64,000 bases of DNA from the NCBI GenBank assembly GCA_029717555.1, contig JAMDHS010000107.1, forward strand, positions 1 through 64,000, written 5' to 3'. The number at the start of each line of letters is the position of its first letter. Positions within the stretch are counted from its first letter, which is position 1. The notes beneath the pieces were generated by a model that ran no database searches, was not told the origin of the DNA, and saw only the letters and a program-made list of their open reading frames with translations. Of this stretch, positions 14,165-25,796 are shown in pieces. The position numbers and the translations under genes were made by a program. The DNA is from Peribolospora baueri (taxonomy: Eukaryota).

Positions 14165-15252
14165 ACGAAAGCAACGTTCCTTCCTCCTTTCCGTCCGTAT
14201 CGTGTACAATTCCCTCTCGTCTTAGGAGACGATGACGCTGTAGCGAAACGACGCTGAGGCGTTTGTGTTCTGACTCGCCTGAGACGAAGACGATGGGCCG
14301 TGGCCCGACGTCGATGTGGAATGCGAAAAACGGTCTGCCCTGACCGATCACACACCCCTCTGAGTGCTCTGGATGGCCACGTTGTCGCTGACAGTCCTCT
14401 ACACGGTCGTCGTGGACGGTCGCGTGACTCGTATGTGCCCGTACGGGGGTCTACTCGAAGCTGGCACGACGCTTGGGTAAAATGTCGTGCGAACGTAGGC
14501 GAATTCAGACAGACGAAAGATTCGTAAAAAGACGGCCGGACCGGGCGCCACTCGTTCTTGGGCGCTCACGACACGACGCGACACGCACGACACGATACGA
14601 TACGACATGGCATGCCGGGGTGTGTCTTTCTATCTCCCTCTCTCTCTGTGTGTCCCATGGCCGACGACGACGCCGGACTTGGGACGTCGACTCGGGTACG
14701 CAGTAAAAGAGGCCGTCGTGGCGCGCCGTACGTATATATGTACCATACATGCTATGCTTGCTCTCCGATCCTCCAGGCCCCTGTCGGCGTCCCTGTCGCT
14801 CGGCCTGGTTCGGTGGGACGAGGAAAGGAACGCTGTCGGCTGGTGGTCTGCCATCGTCTCTTCCGCCTTTGCCGTCCCTCGCCATCTCGTCCGATATCCG
14901 AGGAAAAACACGGGCGATGACGACGTTGGAAAGGCCTGGCCAGTGCAGACATACGCCCGTCTGTCTTGGCTCCCCCATTCCCATGACACGGGTTTAGACG
15001 ATCTGCAGTGCGTCCGCGTCGACCGTTGCGGGAAAGCGAGAAGCGGCAAGAGAAAGCCAGCCAGCCGTCTGCGATCGTGATGGGACGGACCGGCGGAGGG
15101 GGCTCGCGCAAGGCACGGCTCTCTTTTTAACTGACGGCAAACGTACCGAATGAAAAGCCATCAGGCCGCTCGGCTGGTCAAGCCGCCTGGCCAGAGGGAA
15201 CGACGGACGCGAGCGCAAGACCAGACCACACTTGGGCATCTCAACCGGCCGT

Positions 15253-16357
15253 TCATCGGTCCTTCTTGTCTTCCTCTCCCTCCCCTCCTTCGCCGTCGCC
15301 ATCGACCTCAAAGCCCATTTCCACATCGAGCAGCCTACGAAACTTGTCGCCGTCGAAAGGCGGAAAACGCACGACGCCCTTCCTTTCCGTCCGCCTTGTC
15401 GATCCTTCCAAACGCGCTTCTGGGTTCCCGTCTTCGGAGCCGCGGGCGGATGTGGCGGCCGTGGAGTCGCGCAACTCTTGCGCGATTGATTCGAGCGTCG
15501 ACAGGAGTGCGCTGGGCACCGGTGAAACAGAGCGGGCGGGAAAAGAAACAGATCAGAACTGAAGAACTCGGTGTCGGGCTAGGTGCTACTCTCTCGGACA
15601 AACGCCCAACCGGGCAGTCGGAACGTGTCGATAGATGTGAAATACAAAAGCAACCGTGCTCACTCGACCTTAGAAGCTATGAGATGACCGCGCTCGTGCA
15701 AAGCGAGGGCCAGCTCGGCCTGGTGATCGTCGGCAAGGGTGCTGTTACTGACGACGACGAGGCGAGGAGTCGGTGGCGGAAGGCGGAGAGCTTCGAGAAT
15801 GGAGCCCGAACCTTTGTTGACGGTGAAATGTGAGGGACGAGATGGAGGTTGAAATCGTCCATGAGCACTAGGGGACGAATGGGACAGGAGGGAAAGTCGC
15901 ATTGGGCCTGGACGCAAGCACACTCACCAGCGTGACTGACGACGACGTCCGCCATCTGCATATCATCCCGCAGGCCCTTCTTGTAACCGTATACATCCAA
16001 CTCCAACGCAGGCCCTTGGACTTCCACCTCCACTGCCTTCTCACCATGCGACGCTCCCCCCGTTGATGACGCTTCTGAACCTTTCTTCTTCATCTTGCAA
16101 CGCTCCTTCCAACGTTTCCGGACCTCGCTCATATCGCTCTTACCGCATTGCACCACCACGCGTCCGAAACCCGCTCGGACGAGACGGTCAAGGCTGTCCG
16201 GCGAAAGTACGGTGAGGATGAGCGAGTCGAAGCGGGTGGAACCGACGGTGCAGAAAAGAGAGAGTAGCGGATCGCTTTGGAGGCCCGTTTCGGTGACCTG
16301 ATATGTAGGGGTATTGCTGCTACTGCTTGCTTGCTCCATTTCGCCCCTTTCTTCCAT
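15253..16357 (-). CDS. ALG13: UDP-N-acetylglucosamine transferase subunit ALG13 (GT28 C-terminal domain)
   Basis: LFCTVGSTRFDSLI, VVVQCG, ADVVVSHAG|SGSILEALR, LVVVSNSTLADDHQAELA; last exon FPPFDGDKFRRLLDVEMGF; start 16357 or 16339. Confidence 0.9.
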
Positions 16358-16578
16358 ACTGGAAACTAACGTACACGGCGGACAAACAGGGCATGAGTCC
16401 TGCAATCTGGAACGACTAAGGCGAACAAACCAGGAAAAAGACGAAAAAGACTTTGCTACATACAATCCTGTAAGATGGTCTGACGAGATTGGAGCAGCGT
16501 GAACAGGAGCAAATTGTGTGGTCAGCTTCGATGTTCACTCATTTAACGCCGACAAATAGAGAGGTATTGGCAGAAGAG

Positions 16579-16675
16579 GAATCAGATGGTGGTGCATATC
16601 CAGGGTTATGGCTCCTCGTCTTCTCGAAGAAAGACTTGCCCAACAAATAACTATGGATAGTTTTCATCATATAAA
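16579..16675 (-). ncRNA. Box C/D snoRNA, snR55-like (predicted 18S Um1269, yeast numbering; SNORD33 equivalent)
   Basis: C box ATGATGA (16664-16670), D box CTGA (16582-16585); guide ATGCACCACCA complementary to conserved 18S UGGUGGUGCAU with the D+5 rule on U1269; lies in intron 16480-16710. Confidence 0.85.
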
Positions 16676-16826
16676 ATCAAAGGGTGGAAGGCCTCGACCG
16701 ATCTGCTCACCTCTCGGACCGTAATGAAAACTGCAGGCGACGTGAGAAAAAGGAGGACAAATGTCAATAGGATGGACGAGACTCAGAACCAACGCGCACG
16801 GTGAAAAGTTCCCCCGCGCCGGGCTG

Positions 16827-17316
16827 GGATCAGAGAGAAGATTAATCCGTCACGGTCCGACCACACCCCTCGGGAAGCTCGCCCTTGCCTACCAAGACGG
16901 TAAACAAAGGCTCGCCTCTCCCGTCTGCGATTCGAATGCATTGTACCTCCACGAGCGCCGTCTCTCGCCGAGTGCAGCCGCAACAGGAGCATCTTTCCAT
17001 ACGTCCCTTTCTCGCCCGTCCACGCTCACAAGTCATCCCCGTTTCCTCAGACAGAGCTGAGTAGTCCGTGAGAAGTCCGCGCGAGCGTGACCGACGAGAG
17101 GTCCGAACAGAAAAAGACCCCGACGGAGGGCGAAAGAAGGTACTGTGAAGTGCACAACGACCGAATAGCAGAGGGGGGCGACCCTCTAGCCAACCACCAT
17201 GCACACAGCCGCTGAGAAAACCTCGAGCGGTCGGGGGCAAGTGACGGAGAGGCGCCGCCGCGAGAGGCGAGGAGGCCGGTCTCGGAGAATGGATATACGC
17301 TTTATGCATCATTTGA
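16827..17316 (-). ncRNA. ~490-nt intronic guide RNA, apparent composite box C/D-H/ACA, U6-targeting (mgU6-47/snoZ30-like D guide)
   Basis: C box ATGATGC (17306-17312); D box CTGA (16830-16833) preceded by TAATCTTCTCT, an 11-nt antisense to U6 AGAGAAGAUUA; long-range stems (17243-17254 with 16913-16925); internal H box ACAGTA (17141-17146) and ACA (16942-16944); lies in intron 16731-17355. Confidence 0.7.
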
Positions 17317-17484
17317 CGGGGGGTTGTGATAGAATGGAAGGACAATGACACTCACAATTCAACTAAGCCAAGGTGTACTGCGGACCTTCGTGGACGCAAT
17401 GGATGCAGACAAAAGGTGCCAAACTTCGGTCAGCCAACCAGTCGACCCAACAAAGGAAAAAGACCCCTCGCGACCTCGGCGAAT

Positions 17485-17574
17485 AGATCAGTTAAAGGTA
17501 AGCTTGGTATAATGTTTTCTTCAGCTTGTGATGCAGAAGCAGAACTGATTGTATCATGATGCTCATCATTTGGA
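17485..17574 (-). ncRNA. Box C/D snoRNA, snR61-like (predicted 25S Am1133, yeast numbering)
   Basis: C box ATGATGA (17563-17569), D box CTGA (17488-17491); guide CAGTTCTGCTT before a D'-like CTGC, complementary to 25S AAGCAGAACUG; flanking intronic stem CCCCTCTCGACCTCG / CGAGGTCGCGAGGGG; intron 17378-17660. Confidence 0.85.
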
Positions 17575-17777
17575 CCGTATAGGTCACCGTGGTCGAGGTC
17601 GAGAGGGGCCCAAAGAAAAGAAGTCATAGAATATGTGGAGCGAAGGCAAGTGCCACTTACGAAAATTAAGGAACTACTGCGATGCAAATCTGGTCGATGG
17701 CAAGCAGGACCGCGTAAAACAATGACGTGTTCGTCAGTCTACTGTCGTAAAATGGCACATGCGGTGATCCAAGGAAT

Positions 17778-17954
17778 GCCCTCAGAAACGAAGAACTGAA
17801 AACACCGAGAACGAAGAGAAGCGAGAACGAGTGAGCACGTTGTGGTGGTCTGAAGCAAATCTGAGACATCGGAATGACAACTCACTTCCATTGTTTTGGG
17901 CTCCCACCGCGCGAGACCGCGCGTCGAGCCAAGTGATAGATATCATCCACGGGC
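17778..17954 (-). ncRNA. Box C/D snoRNA, snR57-like (predicted 18S Gm1572, yeast numbering)
   Basis: Terminal stem GCCC/GGGC; C-like box TGGATGA (17943-17949), D box CTGA (17782-17785); guide TTCTTCGTT pairs with 18S AACGAGGAA (one G-U) with D+5 on G1572; intron 17690-18013. Confidence 0.65.
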
Positions 17955-18085
17955 GTGATGGACAGCGAGACAACAAGGCGTCGCTCGCGTGGGAGGAAGT
18001 TGTTAATACTCACCAAGTGCGTTGACGTTGCTCCTCACTGGGAGGAGATGGAAGGGAAAAAGAAAAATGGAGCGCCGTGGAAGGT

Positions 18086-18097
18086 AAATTTATAAAT
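18086..18097 (-). promoter_or_regulatory. TATA box of the snoRNA host transcript
   Basis: TATAAA within the palindromic AT tract AATTTATAAATT, ~30 nt upstream of a pyrimidine-rich putative start and ~75 nt upstream of the first donor. Confidence 0.6.
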
Positions 18098-18589
18098 TTA
18101 TTTCTCTGCGTGCGCGAGCTGCGGATCGGAGGATCGGAGGACGCGTGCGAGGGAGCGGAGACAAACGGAAATATGCGGGGTTAGAAGCACTGACGCCGAT
18201 GCTACTGACGCCGAGGCGAGATAGGATTGCTGTCGGATGGAGGGAATGGTTGAGCGGCAGATCAAGCAAGCAGCTCGACAGTCTCACTGGCACTACACGT
18301 CACTCTCCCCCCGTTTGCCTCGCTCGTCTATGCTTTCTGCCTTTTGTCTCTGATTGTCAACCCCCGCGCTTGTGCGACATCAACGCCGAGCTGAGCCCAG
18401 ATCCGATCCAGCGGTGCCCCGCGTCGATCTTTCGTGATTGACTGGGTTCGAACGACGGTCGTGGTTTTTGGCCCACACGGACCCTCCGCCCACACGGACA
18501 AGGAGGTTGACCTTAGGCCGGACCTTGCTTGCGCGAGCGTCTTTCATTTTGGCATCGCTGACTGACGAGGCATCAGGGTCCGGCTTGGC

Positions 18590-20909
18590 ATGGAGATAGA
18601 CGGGAAGACCGGCGGAGGCCGGTCACACTCCTTCAAATATCCATCTTCTTCGCAATTGTCCTTGGGTCGGCGGCCAGTCGCCGCCGGAGGCGCAGGAAAT
18701 AACCTCTCCGGCGGCTTTCATATGAACGATCCTTCGTCGGTGATGGACACTGGCAGCGAGAAGAAGAAGGTTGTTCGCAAGTGGCTCCCGCTGAATGCAC
18801 GAATACTCGCCCTGGTCGCCCTCGTGGCCTTCGTCTTCTTCGTCACTCGGCTCGCCTTCGATGGAGACTCTCCGTCGCCTTCCCACGTCTCCTTTTCCAA
18901 TTTTCACACCCCGTACGGTCTGCGAGATCTCTGGACCGTCGACACGCTCTCCTCTTCCTCATCTGCCCCGCATCAATATCAACCTTACCTCCCGCTCAAC
19001 ACCAGTGTACCATGCCCCTTCAAGTTCTGTCCGACCGATGGAGAGAGTGACGCTCTCTCTCGAAAGTACGGTAGCGAGGCACTTGGTAGGACGAGGTTGT
19101 TCGAAGGGTCGGGAGAACGTGTCAAGGATGCTATTCGCAAGGCCATGGCTGGCAGGCCGGTCACCATTGGCGTGCTTGGAGGTTCAGGTGAGAAAACCAC
19201 TTTGGCCGTTTGGTGTGGAGCGTGAGGATGTGTTTGCTTGTTCCTTCCCTTATCTTTAAACTGTCATGTTGTGACTGTCTGCAGTGAGCGCCTGCCATGG
19301 CTTGCCAGGCGATGACCCTCTCTCGGAACAAGGTTACCCGCGCCGTTTACACGAATGGTGGAACTCCATCTTCCCACATCCTGCCAATGAGCTCACCAAC
19401 GGCGCCGCTCGTAGGACCAATACGGCCTACTTCTCCTTCTGCTCTGCACATCATCTGCCGGATAATCTTGATCTTGTCATTCTCGAGTTTGATGCGGACG
19501 ATCCAAAGTGAGTTCAATGAAGGGGGGACTTGTCCGACCGAGTCGAAGTTTGACTATCCTTGTGGCTGACCGTATTCGTTCGTTCTACTCTCGCAGTCAC
19601 TCGCAGTGGATGTGGTATACCGAGCTGCTTGTCAGGTCGCTTCTCAACCGACCAGACCATCCGGCCGTGGTGTTCCTAGGCCACTTCAGCCCTCAGATAC
19701 AACAACAGTACGGCTTCTCCGGAAGTGAAATTCAGCATAGCGCAGTTGCAACATACTACGACGTGCCGCACATAAGGTGAGTTAGAAAGTAAAACCTACA
19801 GGAAGTAGGGAAGACATCGCTGACAGACGCGCGCTACCTCGTCATTGTCTCAGTACCAAAGGCATCCTCTACAACGAATATATCCGTCACCCGGACGCAA
19901 CGCGCAAGGCCTTCTACATTGACCCGATTCTGCCCAACTCTCGAGGACACGAGCTCTTGGCAGACACGTTGATCGCCTATTTGCAGAGGCTTATTTGCGA
20001 AGTCTGGACGACAGAGTATGTTCGGATGGCGGAAAGGCAGGGGCGAGTGGGTCAAGTCGGCAGGGAAAGGGACAAAGACAAAGGCAGAGCCGTGCCGGCC
20101 GTGAACGAGGCAAAAGCGAAAGAAGGAGCTCGACAGAGGCAAAAGGACCATGTCTTTGCCCAATTAGGCGAGCAAGGCCAGCTCCAAGGCCGTGATGCGG
20201 AGCCGGCCGTCCTCCTCGGCGAGGCGGTAGCAGGCGCGCAGCACGCCCGACCAGGCGGAGGAGGGGGAGACAGCACGCCTTCGATGGCTCGGTCTCGCGT
20301 CCCTCCCGTGCGCCTGTTCGACCTTCCTTCCGACCTGTCGACCTTCCGCGAGCCTCAGCCTTGGTGCGTGACCGCGGACGATCTTATCAACCCTCTGCCT
20401 CCGTCTATATTCGCCGACACGGGCTGGTCCGTGCACCATCCGTCGGAGTCTCCTTACTCTCAAAACGAGGGGGATCGACATTACTGGGTCAGTCGGGAGG
20501 GAGATGCCACGTTGAAAATTCCGATAAGGATAGGCAGTGGCGAGGTGGTGGTGTATTACCTGCAGGGACCGAGGGAAGCGGCCAAGGGGGACGAGGACCT
20601 GCCGTTCGGGAACATACGCTGTTGGGTCGATGACAACTATGACGGAGCTGTCGAGCTGCGAGGCGCAGCGGACATTCCCATGGTGGTGGCCGTCAACACG
20701 TGAGTCACCTTCTCTTTCTGCCCATCAGCTATAGCTTTTCGTCCAGCATCGGCTAAACGAGCCTGAAACCATTTGCTTCTTGCCCGCTCGCTGAACGCAG
20801 CGTGATTGATCGCGGCGTCGCGCCGGGTGCGCATTTCGTCGAGTGCCAGATGCAGGGTGAGCCAGCAGAGGTCAGACCCTTCAAGATTCTTGGCATCTTT
20901 GCGGCTTAA
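18590..20909 (+). CDS. CAP64/CAS3-like capsule-associated protein (SGNH-fold, type II membrane)
   Basis: N-terminal TM; PVTIGVLGGS|VSACHG, WWNSIFPHPANELTNGAARRT, LDLVILEFD, DPILPNSRGH, CWVDDNYDGAV, end FKILGIFAA*. Confidence 0.85.
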
Positions 20910-21149
20910 TACGGCGACCCATCCTTCCCACGGCCATAACCACTCGCCTTGGACGAACGGCTCCTGCGTGACACTCCTTCCGTTCCTGCTCGTTCGTCAT
21001 TTTTCAGCCCCTGAACGATCCTTCCTGCTTATTCTTCCTGCTCTACTTCTTTGCAAATATCTGTATACTACATTGCAAGCAACGGCTTCTCTAGACAGGA
21101 TCGGGACCCTGACAGAAAACGGAGTCGTTCCTTCCTGCGTCGTCGAAGC

Positions 21150-22707
21150 TCAGAGAGCGACGTAAGCCAACGTGACGTTTTCGGTGGTCGTCCTGATGTC
21201 CTTCCATGGACAGACGTCTTTCTCCTCATCCTCGACTTCGTAGCTCCTTCCCGCTGTCATGGCTTCCATCCCCGTTTGAAGCCGCTCGCGAAGTGTCCGA
21301 GTGACCCGTTCGGCCACGGCTTCCCTCTCGTCAGACGACAGCAAGCAGTCTGGCACGGAGAAGGAGAGCAGTGGGTGACCGCTGCTCGCGATGGGTGGCG
21401 AACGGGGGAGAGAAAATGGCCGGAACTCGCGCTCAGCATGTCACGTCCGCGGGACTCAAGCAAATGGGCCGTCATGCCGAACAAGCTCAAGCAATACTCA
21501 ACTGATCCGTGTTCTTTCCTTCCTCGTCTGCAAAGAGCTCGCATCGGAAGAGGACCAGCTCTTCACCCCCGAGGTTGTTCTTCATGCCGTGGTTGTCGTC
21601 GTCACCCGTACCTCCTCCGTGACCGTCGTCCTCGCCTTCTCCCGTACCAAGATCGCCTTCGGCCTCCTTCTTGGCCTCCCCTTTAGAGAGAACACTCCCG
21701 CTGCTACCGGCACCACCAAGTTGAAGGTGGAGCTCCGGTTGAGGTAGAAGGACAAAGATGAAAGGATAATCGAGGAGCCAGCCTGACAAGGATATCATTA
21801 TCGAAGGTGGAAGTAAGGCCGGCGACTGCTCGGTCGGAAGAGCGTTTCGTTCTGAATATGCGTCGGAGACAAGAGAGGTGCTGAAGCGCGGACAGGAGAA
21901 GGCGGAAGACAAATCGAGACGGACGATAGGAGGGGAGAATCCTGGCGCAGAGAGACTCGGGCTTTGGAGGAGAGAGCGCAGGTGTTTCAAGAGCGCGGTC
22001 AAGAGAGGCGGACGAGCGGGCAGCTGTAGCAGGGTTCGTTGGAAGGGACGAATGGAAGGACGAGCGGCAAAGAAAGGGAAGATGAACGAGGAAGCATACT
22101 CGACGGTATTATGACTAGACGCACGTGAGTCAACTCTCTCGCCTACTCACCAGAACAGGTCTCCTCCCGGCTCTAACGTCCACGAAGGCGGCATTATCGG
22201 ATCCCTCGCTATCGAGCTCCCTCCCTATACGGCTTAGGATCAGAGGACGACTGGCGACGAAGGCTTGACCAGTGAGTGGCTCGATGAGAAAGACGATCCG
22301 TTCTCCCACCCAAAGCCCTTGGCTCTGGCTTTGAATTGACGATAAATTGTGAGTCCCTAGATGTTTGGAAAGAGCTTCTAGCTTAGAATGCGTGACCACG
22401 AAGGAGTCAATCAAGTGGGCGGTACTGATAAACACGGGCAAGATCAAGTCGAAGGGGAGGGTCAGTAGGTCCCATTAATCACATGCGATCGTCTACCTCC
22501 TCGAACTCACCGAACACCTAAGGCCACCGCGAGGACGTCCTTTGCGAACCGATCGACAGCTCGAGAACTCGGGATGTCACCTCGGCCACGGCGCATCCTC
22601 TTGCTCCCTCCGCCTCTGGGACCTCGTTGCTTGTTAATATCATTGTGTGCGCTGCTGTGGAGAGATTTGCAGATGCGAGCCTTGAGCTCTTGAAGGACAA
22701 GAGGCAT
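21150..22707 (-). CDS. UPF0739/DUF4504 (C1orf74-like) protein
   Basis: FAKDVLAVALGVR, AFVDVR, LSGWLLDYPFIF, C-terminal ENVTLAYVAL* resemble the family motifs; several introns. Confidence 0.65.
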
Positions 22708-22968
22708 ATGGTCGGTCGACGGAAGGGTGAAGGTGGACTGTGCGCACGCCGTCCCGCTGAAGGCCGGTCGGAAGCTCGGCCCGGTTCGGGGAACGTGTTA
22801 GGTCGCCGCTCGCGGCCACGTGCGTCGAGTGCGTCGATCCCATTCACCGTCAACTCGCTCATCAGGCTCGCTCGTCCCGACCACCATCATCAAGGCAACT
22901 TGTCAGCTCAGGAGAAGGAATGACTCTGGCCCGCCCCGTCTAGACCTCCTCGTCTCCTTTCTCTTGGC

Positions 22969-25796
22969 ATGTCCTCTGGAACCACCCCCGCCCTCCTCAC
23001 CCTCCTCCCAACTTTTCGGGACCCGGCAGGCGGACTCCGACGCCGCATCGGCGGGGCCAAGCTGGACTCGAGGCTGAACCTCAACTCAGTCCTCAGGTTA
23101 GGCTGGAGGCAGGTGGTGTACACTTTCTCCCTCTTCAAGCACAGCCTGGCTCTTGCCGTGCTCTCTTCCTACGCCGCTGGTACTCCTTTTTCAAGATTCG
23201 CGTCTGTCCCCAGAGAGGTGGACGAGGCAGGAGTGTCTGGGGAGGGCAGGGCGAGAGAAGGGAGAAATTGTCTCCTGGAAAGCCGTCGTTTGCTCTGTGA
23301 CGACGATGCACTCAAGGTTCCCTCTTTTTTGCCCCCCTCGTCGATGAGGCGGCGGCGAGCAAGGGCGATCGTGCTGTTCGAGGAGCAGAGGAACGTACTG
23401 AAGGACGTTCTCCGGAAAGCTCTTGGTGCGGGTCTGTGCTCTTGTGGAGCTGGCGCAGACTTGGCGCTTAAGCACGGTTGGAGCGCTGAGTGGAGGACGA
23501 GGTCGCTGTATTCTTCCACGTCGTCGTTGCTTTCTTCCTCGTCGACACCCCCACCGTCCACCTCGTGCCGAGGCCTTCCACCTCGACCGTTCGCCTCCTT
23601 TCGTCCTCGTCGTCCATTCACCAATGCTCCCACCCACCGTTGCTCTACCCGTACCCAACTTTCCCTCTCGTCCGTCTCTCCTCGACGCTCTTTCACCACC
23701 CACACCATCAACACTCTTATGCGTTATCCGACGTTGTACGATCCCGTGAGGAAGCCCCGGAATCCCATCGTCCTGTGTCACGGTGAGTGGCAGCCAAGGT
23801 GCTGCCTATAAGCTCTCCTTTTACTAGCTCCTCGACTCAAGCGAAACGTTTCTGGCCGACTGATGCCTTGTTAAATTCGCCTTCCCTTCTTTTGGATCTC
23901 CTTGTAGGCCTCTATGGATTTGACGTCCGAGGACCGATCCTGGGTGTCGAGATCCACTACTGGGCGAAGGTTCTCGATATCTTGAGGAAGCAAGTTGACG
24001 CGGAAGTTGTGATGACGGCTGTTCCGGCGTGAGTGACGTTCGTTACCCATATGTTTAGAAATATTGAAATTCTTCGTTTGTTGTTCACATTTTTGCTTCG
24101 ACATCTTTTTTTTCACACTGTTGTGGCCGTTCTTCAGAACCGGCTCGATCCAGGATCGTGCCAAGGCGTTGCACATGTACCTGGACAGGGAGATGCGAGG
24201 TCGGGAGCTCAATCTTGTCGGACACTCGATGGGAGGCTTGGATTGTCGTCATCTTATCAGCAACATCCGGCCCGACACATATAAGCCTTTGAGCTTGACT
24301 ACCATCAATACGCCGCACAGGGGCAGCCCTTTCATGGATTGGTGTCGGGTGAGTATGCGATGAGCGGTCTCTAGGGAGAGCTTTGTTTAGGCGATCTCGT
24401 TCTCTCGATCCTCATGTCGCGCTTTACTGGCTCTCTTCTTTGCCTCGTGCAGGCCAATATCGGCGTGGGTACGGACGAGATCATAAGCAAAGCAGTGTCC
24501 GAAGCGGCGACGAGTGCAGGCCTCTCGACCGCGCGTCCCACACGCCCTCCGCCTTACTCTCTCAAGTCTCCTCTCTTCACGCGCACCTCGCGCGATGAGC
24601 CCCCTCTTGAAAACGGGTCGTCGCGCTCCCGCTCCTCTTCGTCTGTCCCCAGCGGTCTATCCTCGCTGGGAGGCACGTTTTCCTCGTACATTCTCGCCCT
24701 CCTTGATTCTCCCGCCTACGGCATGCTCACCACCTCCTACCTCTGCGACGTCTTCAATCCTCGCACCCCGGATGACCCTTCCGTAAAGTACTACAGCATC
24801 GCCAGCCGCATTCACCGAGTTCCCTTCTGGCACCCCCTCTGGCTCCCAAAGCTCATCCTCGATGCTGCAGCAGAGAGCTCGTCGGAAGGAGGGGAGAGGG
24901 ACGGAAGCGGATTGGGCCTCTTGGATGGAGAGCTTTCAGGGAATGACGGTCTGGTCAGCGTGCAGAGCGCGCGATGGGGCAACTTTTTGGGCGTCATGGA
25001 GAACTGTGATCATTGGGATTTGAGGGGGGCTGGGGCGATGAGGGGCTCTGGGGCTAGCGGGAGTGCGAATGGTAGCAAGAAGGAGGCGAACGACGGCCGC
25101 AACGCGGTTTCGTCTTCGTCCTTTCCCTCTTCAAGCTCTGAGGGGAAGAGCAAGGAGAGCAAGAGGACGGCGAGCTGGGCGGACGTAAACAAACTCGTCG
25201 AGTCCATGGCTGGCATGCTTTCCAAGTCCAACGGCAGCAATGCGAAGACGGAGGGTGAGCCTTCATCTACCTCACTCTCATCACGTTCGAACGCGTCCTC
25301 GCTCGCCTCCTCGTCGTCGGCTTCGCCTTCTTCTGAATCATCGCCCTCGCCTTCAGCCCCGCCCTCGACCAACTTTGTCATCTCCATCGCCTCATGGATC
25401 ACTGCTCGCCTCCCGAAACGAGACGAGAATAGACGGGTGGCAGCTGCCGCCGCCAGGGATGCCAGGAAACAGCTCGAGGACGCCGCGGACGCCGCGGACG
25501 AGAAGGGGCGCTCCAGCGCCGGCGAGAGGAAACCTTCTCGCGAAGCGGACGATGTCGTGGAGTGGGGCGCTAGGGACTTTCAACGCCTCACATACGGCTC
25601 CCCGGCCACGACCATGACGGCAGCGATGGCGGGCGTGAGCGCGGGCGTACCCACCGTGGAGACAATGGAAGGAGGTTATGCTGGTAACAGCGACGTTGGT
25701 GGCGCCGAGGCCAGGTCTGGGTCGAGAAAACGTGCGTTTGACCTTGAGAGGTTTTGGGTAGCCACGTGTAGACACTTGTACCAGCAGGGTTTGTGA
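22969..25796 (+). CDS. Triacylglycerol lipase, TGL2-like alpha/beta hydrolase
   Basis: PRNPIVLCHG|LYGFD, nucleophile GHSMG, TPHRGSPFMDWC, NDGLVSVQSARWG, CDHWDLRG, FDLERFW..L; start codon uncertain. Confidence 0.85.

Larger units (their letters stand above)
16400..18060 (-). ncRNA. Spliced non-coding snoRNA host transcript (4 introns, micro-exons); may be the 5' leader of ALG13
   Basis: Minus-strand donors GTGAGT (18013), GTAAGT (17660), GTGAGT (17355), GTGAGC (16710); CAG acceptors at 17690, 17378, 16731, 16480 with CTGAC/TTGAC branch points; exons of ~29, 22 and 20 nt with no recognisable ORF; TATA at ~18090. Transcript ends are approximate. Confidence 0.8.

Noticed and set aside
16830..16846. 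U6-like CAGAGAGAAGATTA on the plus strand as a U6 gene or pseudogene
   Set aside because: Only ~11 nt match and the rest of U6 is absent; it is the antisense guide of the minus-strand RNA
17493..17503. U1-like CTTACCT element in the snR61-like RNA (possible 5' splice-site mimic)
   Set aside because: GCTTACC also complements 25S GGUAAGC next to the methylation target, so accessory rRNA pairing is the simpler explanation
16761..18025. Short ORFs in the ALG13-CAP64 gap, including a plus-strand GTAAGC 'intron' near 17498
   Set aside because: Better explained by the minus-strand snoRNA host; the apparent plus-strand signals are complements of snoRNA elements
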